From Candidatus Multivorans thiocomprendens (lineage in GTDB: Bacteria; Acidobacteriota; Thermoanaerobaculia; Multivoradales; Multivoraceae): a stretch of DNA of 64,000 nt. The position numbers and the translations under genes are program-made. The stretch is from positions 6,507-70,506 of the forward strand of contig JAPVWO010000059.1 in the NCBI GenBank assembly GCA_027493375.1. The letters are read 5' to 3'. The notes under the pieces were generated by a model that made no database searches, was not told the DNA's origin, and saw nothing but the letters and a program-made list of their open reading frames with translations. Position 1 is the stretch's first letter. Each line of letters begins with the position of its first letter. Of this stretch, positions 59,050 to 64,000 are shown piece by piece.

Positions 59050-60396
59050 ATGACGATCGACGGAGCCCGTGATGCAGGGCGTAGCGGAAACGGCGGCGCC
59101 AGGGCGGCGGAGAGCGCCGATCTGGCCTTCGACCTGAAAGCGCTGAAGGACCTGAGCAATGCGGACCTTCTCGAGCTGGCCCACAAGCTGGAGGTCGTCG
59201 GCGCCACCGGTATGCCGAGGCAGGAGTTGACCTTCAAGATCCTGGAGGCGCAGACGGAGAAGAGCGGGCTGCTGTTCTGCGAAGGGGTCCTCGAGTGCCT
59301 GACCGACGGCTTCGGGTTTCTGCGCGCGCCGGAGTACAGCTACCTGCCGGGGCCGGACGACATCTACGTCTCCCGCAGCCAGATCCGGCGCTTCGACCTG
59401 CGCACCGGCGACACCGTTTCGGGTCAGGTGCGCAAGCCGAGGGAGAAGGGTGAGCGCTATCTCGCCCTGATCAAGCTCGAGGCGGTGAACTTCGAGCATC
59501 CGGACGTGGTCCGGCAGAAGATCTTCTTCGACAACCTGACCCCGCTGTACCCCGAGGAGCGGCTCCAGCTGGAGGTCTCCGGGGACCTGTCGTCTCGCGT
59601 GACGGACCTGGTGACGCCGATGGGAAAGGGCCAGCGCGCGCTGATCGTGGCGCCGCCGCGCACCGGCAAGACGATGCTCCTGCAGTCCCTGGCTCGATCG
59701 ATCGCCACCAACCACCCCGAGGTCGTGCTGGTCGTCCTGCTGATCGACGAGCGCCCCGAGGAAGTGACGGACATGGAGCGGTCGGTGCGCGGAGAGGTCG
59801 TCTCGTCGACCTTCGACGAGCCGGCTTCGCGGCACACCCAGGTCGCCGAGATGGTGATCGAGAAGGCCAAGCGGCTGGTCGAGTACGGCAAGGACGTGGT
59901 CATCCTGCTCGACTCGATCACTCGCCTGGCTCGCGCCTACAACACGGTGCAGCCGCCTTCGGGCAAGGTGCTGTCGGGAGGTATCGACGCCAACGCCCTG
60001 CAGCGTCCGAAGCGGTTCTTCGGCGCCGCCCGGAACATCGAGGGCGGCGGCTCGCTGACCATCGTGGCCACGGCGCTGGTCGACACGGGCAGCCGGATGG
60101 ACGACGTGATCTTCGAGGAGTTCAAGGGCACCGGCAACTCGGAACTGCATCTCGACCGCAAGCTGGTCGACAAGCGGATCTTCCCGGCCATCGACATCGA
60201 GAAGTCCGGCACCCGCAAGGAGGAGCTGCTGCTGACGCCGGACGAACTGCAGCGGGTCTGGGTGCTGCGCAAGGTGCTGAATCCGCTGCCTGTGGTCGAG
60301 GCTATGGAGGTGCTCCAGGAGCGTCTCAAGAACACGCCGTCGAACGCGGACTTCCTGGCGGCGATGTCGAGAGGCGCAAGGGGAGCGTCGAACTGA
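59050..60396 (+). CDS. rho: Transcription termination factor Rho
   Basis: Cold-shock-like RNA-binding domain, [17 protein letters not shown], the R-loop and Q-loop motifs. Confidence 0.95.
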   Translation: MTIDGARDAGRSGNGGARAAESADLAFDLKALKDLSNADLLELAHKLEVVGATGMPRQELTFKILEAQTEKSGLLFCEGVLECLTDGFGFLRAPEYSYLPGPDDIYVSRSQIRRFDLRTGDTVSGQVRKPREKGERYLALIKLEAVNFEHPDVVRQKIFFDNLTPLYPEERLQLEVSGDLSSRVTDLVTPMGKGQRALIVAPPRTGKTMLLQSLARSIATNHPEVVLVVLLIDERPEEVTDMERSVRGEVVSSTFDEPASRHTQVAEMVIEKAKRLVEYGKDVVILLDSITRLARAYNTVQPPSGKVLSGGIDANALQRPKRFFGAARNIEGGGSLTIVATALVDTGSRMDDVIFEEFKGTGNSELHLDRKLVDKRIFPAIDIEKSGTRKEELLLTPDELQRVWVLRKVLNPLPVVEAMEVLQERLKNTPSNADFLAAMSRGARGASN

Positions 60397-60425
60397 GTCC
60401 CGCACCCGCAAGCCCCCGGGTCGCC

Positions 60426-61703
60426 GTGCTGCCGACGGCGCCTGCCTCGATCCTGGCCGACTATCACGAACTCCTGAATCTCGCGGGCTATCGCGAGGTG
60501 ATCGATCCGTCCGTCGATACGGCGCTCAAGATCAACATCTCCTGGCACTTCTTCTACCCTGGCAGCTCGACGACGCCCTGGCAGCTCGAGGGCGTCGTGC
60601 GGGCGATGAAGAAGGACGGCTACGACCCGGCGCTGATTCACGGCTGCCACAACCGGACGGTCGTCATCGACGCCCGCCTGGGCGAGCGGGAGAACAAGCA
60701 GATCGACGTCATCGAGGCGCACGGTCTGCGCAACGTCCACCTCTACGAGGAGGGCGAGGAGTGGCTGCCGGTCCGGGAGGCCGTGGGGGACCTCGCCTCG
60801 CGCTTCCTCTGCCTGAACGACGTCTATCCCCAGGGTTTCCACTTTCCGGCGCGGTTCGTCGGCGAGAACATCATCCACCTGCCGACCGTCAAGACCCACG
60901 TCTTCACGACCACGACCGGGGCGATGAAGAACGCGTTCGGGGGGCTCCTGAACGAGCGCCGGCACTGGACCCATCCGGTCATCCACGAGACCCTGGTCGA
61001 CCTGCTGATGATCCAGCGGCACATCCACCGGGGCGTGTTCGCGGCCATGGACGGCACCTTCGCGGGCGACGGCCCGGGACCACGGTGCATGATTCCGCGG
61101 GTGGGCAACGTGATCCTGGCCAGCGCGGACCAGGTGGCGATCGACGCGGTGGCCGCGAAGCTGATGGGCTTCGACCCGCTGCAGATCCGCTACATCCGCC
61201 TCGCGCACGATCTGGGGCTCGGCTGCGGCGACCCGCGAGACATCGAGATCGTGGGCGATCCGGCCGTTGCCGGCAAGAGCTGGGGCTTCGTCGGCCCCTT
61301 CCGGAAGATGACCTTCGCGGCGCGGATGCAGCACAGGATCTACTGGGGTCCCCTGCGGCGTCCGATCGAATGGTCGCTGCGCACCTTTCTCGCGCCCTGG
61401 GCCTATCTGGCGAGCGTTCTCTACCACGACACCTTCTGGTATCCGTACAAGGCGAAACGGCAGATGGCCGAGGCCCTCTCCAGTCCCTGGGGCCGCCTGT
61501 TCGCGGGCTGGGACAGGGCAGGGGCCGACGGCCGCGGCTATCCGGAGATCGAAGACCGGCCGGCCGCCGTGTTCCGCACCGGCTGGCGGGCCTTCCTGAC
61601 CTCTCTTCGCATCCTCTGGACCTGCCTGCGGGAAGCGCCTGAAGTCGCCATGCGCCTGAGCCGCCGCTCAGGCGCCACCGGCGTTCACGGTTCGGGTTCC
61701 TGA
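60426..61703 (+). CDS. DUF362-domain protein
   Basis: [27 protein letters not shown] resembles the DUF362 core. Confidence 0.55.
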   Translation: MLPTAPASILADYHELLNLAGYREVIDPSVDTALKINISWHFFYPGSSTTPWQLEGVVRAMKKDGYDPALIHGCHNRTVVIDARLGERENKQIDVIEAHGLRNVHLYEEGEEWLPVREAVGDLASRFLCLNDVYPQGFHFPARFVGENIIHLPTVKTHVFTTTTGAMKNAFGGLLNERRHWTHPVIHETLVDLLMIQRHIHRGVFAAMDGTFAGDGPGPRCMIPRVGNVILASADQVAIDAVAAKLMGFDPLQIRYIRLAHDLGLGCGDPRDIEIVGDPAVAGKSWGFVGPFRKMTFAARMQHRIYWGPLRRPIEWSLRTFLAPWAYLASVLYHDTFWYPYKAKRQMAEALSSPWGRLFAGWDRAGADGRGYPEIEDRPAAVFRTGWRAFLTSLRILWTCLREAPEVAMRLSRRSGATGVHGSGS

Positions 61704-61722
61704 GCCTGTCCTCCGCCTGTCG

Positions 61723-63852
61723 ATGAGCGGCCGGCGGTGGCGGGAAACCGGCGCCGCGATCGCGGTCGTGTGTGCTCTGGCGTTGATGGTGTTCCATGCG
61801 GGCACGTTCCACCGCGGGGCCACCGCGTTCTCCCTGGCCGTCGGCGCCACTCTGCTGCTCGTGTTCGCGTTTCTCGGCCGCCGATCGTTCCTGGATCCGC
61901 TGGCGGTGGGAGGTGGTGCCTGGCCGTGGTGGCCGGAGCTTCTCGGAGTCCTCTGGCTTTCGGTCTTGGCGAGCTGGATTCAGTCACCGGTCGGCCGCGC
62001 TGGCGAGGCGATCGTTCTCTTCCTCCTGCCGGCTGCCTGGGCAGCGGCGGGGATCGGGCGGCTCCTGGGCTCGGAGGCAGCCGTGCGCACCGCTCTGGCC
62101 GGCTGCGCCGTGGTTGGCACGGCGGTGTCGACCTGGGCGCTGGCCATGCAGCCGCTCCACGAAGAGGGCCGGGCCGCTCTGCCGATCGGTCACCACAACC
62201 AGTTGGCGCTGGTGCTCGTGGCGATTCTGCCGCCCGCCGTGCTCGGCGCCTGGCGGGCCGCCGGACCGGATCGGCGGAGGTTGCGTCAGGGCGCGGCGCT
62301 CTTCGTCGGCGCGGTCCTGGTCTGGACTCTGGCCGCCACCGGTTCGATGTCCGCGTTGGCGGCGCTGGTTGTCCAGGCGGTAGCGGCCGCTGCCTGGATG
62401 CTGTGGCGGAGCAGGGGGCGCCGCTTGCTCGTTCCGCTCGCTGCGTTGCTGGCTCTGGCCGCCGGCCTGGCGCTTGCGACAGCCTGGGCGGGCTCCCGGC
62501 TCGACGTGCCGGGCCCGCTCGGCCGTCTGGGCGCGGTGCTGCGGCTCGAGGACCCGTCGCTCCTGGCCCGCCGCACCTACGCCGAAGCCGCTGCCTCCGG
62601 CTTCGCGGAGCGTCCGCTCCTGGGCTGGGGTCCAGGGTCGACGAGCTGGACCCTGGCGAACCACTGGCGTCCGGCGCCGGGCGTTCATCCGCCGGGCGAG
62701 GTGGTCACGGACGCCCACAGCCTGGTGGCCCAGGCGCCCTACGAACTCGGCATCGCCGGTTCGGTCCTGTTGCTGTTGCTGGCGGCTCGCTACGGCCGGG
62801 CTCGCCTGGGCGGACTGAGCGATCCTCGCGTGCGCGACCCGGATCTCCTGGCGGCGGCGCTGCTGGGTCTGACCGGCGCCGGAGTCTGCCTGGCATTCGG
62901 GGTCTTCGCCGTGGTCACGGCGGTGCCCGCGGTGCTGATTCTCAACCTGGGCCTGGCGGCCGCGGCGCGGCCGGCCCGGACCGAGGGCAATGACCTGCAC
63001 TCGTTGCCGGCGTGGTGGCGGCGAGGGCTCCAGATGGCGTTCCATCTCTGGCTCGTCGCCGCGCTGGGCTGGACCTGGCAGCGGACCTCGGCTGCCCGGT
63101 CGTACGAACTCGCGGTGGCTGCCGGGACTGCGGCGGTGGGACAGACGCCCGGGGTCCCCGGAGAGGAGGTCGGCGGGGGCACGGACCTGCTCCGGACGGC
63201 CGCTGCCTCCGATCCGTCCTTCCCACTCTACCAGGCGCGGCTCGATCCCTGGGCCGCGGCCGAGGCCGCCGACGGCCTCGCTCCGCTATGGCTCCTGGCC
63301 GGGGTCGATCGGAGCATCGACGCCGGGAGGCGCCGACTGGCGCTCGAGCGAGCCTGCGACCTCGACCCGCTGTCCGCGCTGGCCCCGTTCGAACTCATGC
63401 GTCTGGAGCGGGAGGCCGGCGGCGCGGCCACGGATCCCCGCGTGGCCGCGCCGGCGGCGCGGGCGGTTCTCGCCGAACCTCTCCTTCTGGCCGCGTCGGC
63501 GTTCGAGGGAGACCCGGACCTGCGGTCCGAAGTTCATCGGCGGATCCGGTCGTGGCCGGGCTTGCCGCCGGGTTGGCTGGCCGCGTTCGAGGAGTTGTGG
63601 TTCGGACTCGACTGGTCGAACGGCCGCGAAGATCCCCCGCTCGACGTACTGTCGGTCGATGCCGACAGCCGTCCGGCGGTCTCGTTCAGCCTCTTCGCTT
63701 TCCGCCGTCCGCCCTGGTCGCTCTCTATCGGCGCGGTGCCGCTCCGGAGCCATCGCCTGGAGTTCATCGCGGCCCACGATCTTCCCGCGGTGACCCGGTT
63801 GCCGCAGACCGCTCCCGAACCGTTCTGGTTCCGTCGCTGCGGGGCAGAGTAG
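61723..63852 (+). CDS. O-antigen ligase/polymerase-family (Wzy_C) polytopic membrane protein with a C-terminal TPR-like soluble region
   Basis: About 10 transmembrane segments; GHHNQLALVLV...TGSMSALAAL...LLGWGPGS...DAHSLVAQAPYELGIAG motif. Confidence 0.6.
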   Translation: MSGRRWRETGAAIAVVCALALMVFHAGTFHRGATAFSLAVGATLLLVFAFLGRRSFLDPLAVGGGAWPWWPELLGVLWLSVLASWIQSPVGRAGEAIVLFLLPAAWAAAGIGRLLGSEAAVRTALAGCAVVGTAVSTWALAMQPLHEEGRAALPIGHHNQLALVLVAILPPAVLGAWRAAGPDRRRLRQGAALFVGAVLVWTLAATGSMSALAALVVQAVAAAAWMLWRSRGRRLLVPLAALLALAAGLALATAWAGSRLDVPGPLGRLGAVLRLEDPSLLARRTYAEAAASGFAERPLLGWGPGSTSWTLANHWRPAPGVHPPGEVVTDAHSLVAQAPYELGIAGSVLLLLLAARYGRARLGGLSDPRVRDPDLLAAALLGLTGAGVCLAFGVFAVVTAVPAVLILNLGLAAAARPARTEGNDLHSLPAWWRRGLQMAFHLWLVAALGWTWQRTSAARSYELAVAAGTAAVGQTPGVPGEEVGGGTDLLRTAAASDPSFPLYQARLDPWAAAEAADGLAPLWLLAGVDRSIDAGRRRLALERACDLDPLSALAPFELMRLEREAGGAATDPRVAAPAARAVLAEPLLLAASAFEGDPDLRSEVHRRIRSWPGLPPGWLAAFEELWFGLDWSNGREDPPLDVLSVDADSRPAVSFSLFAFRRPPWSLSIGAVPLRSHRLEFIAAHDLPAVTRLPQTAPEPFWFRRCGAE

Positions 63853-63858
63853 GGGGAC

Positions 63859-64000
63859 TCACGCCGCGCCGGTGGCTTCGGCGTCGTCGGCGGCCACGCG
63901 GTTGCGGCCGGCATGCTTCGCCTGGTACATCGCGTTGTCCGCCAGTTGCAGCAGGCGGGTCGCGGCGCCTTGTGGGCCCGGCGTCTCGTCATGGTCGCCG
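63859..64000 (-). CDS. GGDEF-domain protein, C-terminal fragment (the gene continues beyond the window)
   Basis: ...LADNAMYQAKHAGRNRVAADD* is the GGDEF C-terminal hallmark. Confidence 0.5.
   Translation of the reverse strand, partial: GDHDETPGPQGAATRLLQLADNAMYQAKHAGRNRVAADDAEATGAA

Overview
This is a high-GC (about 65-70%) bacterial chromosomal window that reads mostly as ordinary housekeeping genes. On the plus strand: smpB, uvrA, pcm, gcvT-gcvH, larE-larB, rplU-rpmA-obg-nadD-rsfS-thiS, tig-clpP-clpX-lon, engB, rho. On the minus strand: selB, a NtrY/NtrX-like sigma-54 two-component system, lpxC, queA, a peptide ABC importer. Three tRNAs are present: Ala-CGC, Lys-CTT and Leu-TAG. Three regions stand out.

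(1) Positions 1-8872 hold a co-directional, translationally coupled five-gene operon on the minus strand with the hallmarks of an RM-like or BREX/DISARM-like antiphage system. In transcription order it encodes an SNF2 helicase with a C-terminal DUF3883 nuclease-like domain, then a DUF262-DUF1524-Schlafen/AlbA_2 fusion, then a 65-aa open reading frame with a degenerate nucleotidyltransferase motif, then a DUF1156 N6-adenine DNA methyltransferase (FxGxG and DPPY motifs visible), then a P-loop ATPase that runs off the window edge. The centre of the methyltransferase gene has visibly lower GC. This is the best candidate for a poorly described defence system.

(2) Positions 40695-43203 encode a secreted plant-type LRR protein (about 835 aa if repaired) with a Calx-beta-like domain and two tandem C-terminal repeat domains. 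Its frame is broken by a G9 homopolymer, and the LRR part is built from near-identical ~138-nt DNA repeats.

(3) Positions 47400-52540 form a lower-GC islet just downstream of tRNA-Lys and tRNA-Leu. It carries two tandem, mutually recombined and frame-disrupted copies of a secreted metzincin-type zinc protease module (HExxH and a Met-turn, a Cys/Asp-rich region, PPC and FN3 domains), with near-identical direct repeats 3060 bp apart.

Smaller oddities are also listed: two cases where a duplicated start region creates a small upstream open reading frame (before the RsbW-like gene and before clpP), a possible glycine riboswitch upstream of gcvT, a transposase C-terminal remnant, and a metallophosphoesterase that lacks a canonical start.

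The window is GC-rich enough that long spurious antisense open reading frames are common in the six-frame track; these were ignored. Coordinates that are not taken from the ORF track (tRNAs, revised starts, repeats) may be off by 1-2 nt.
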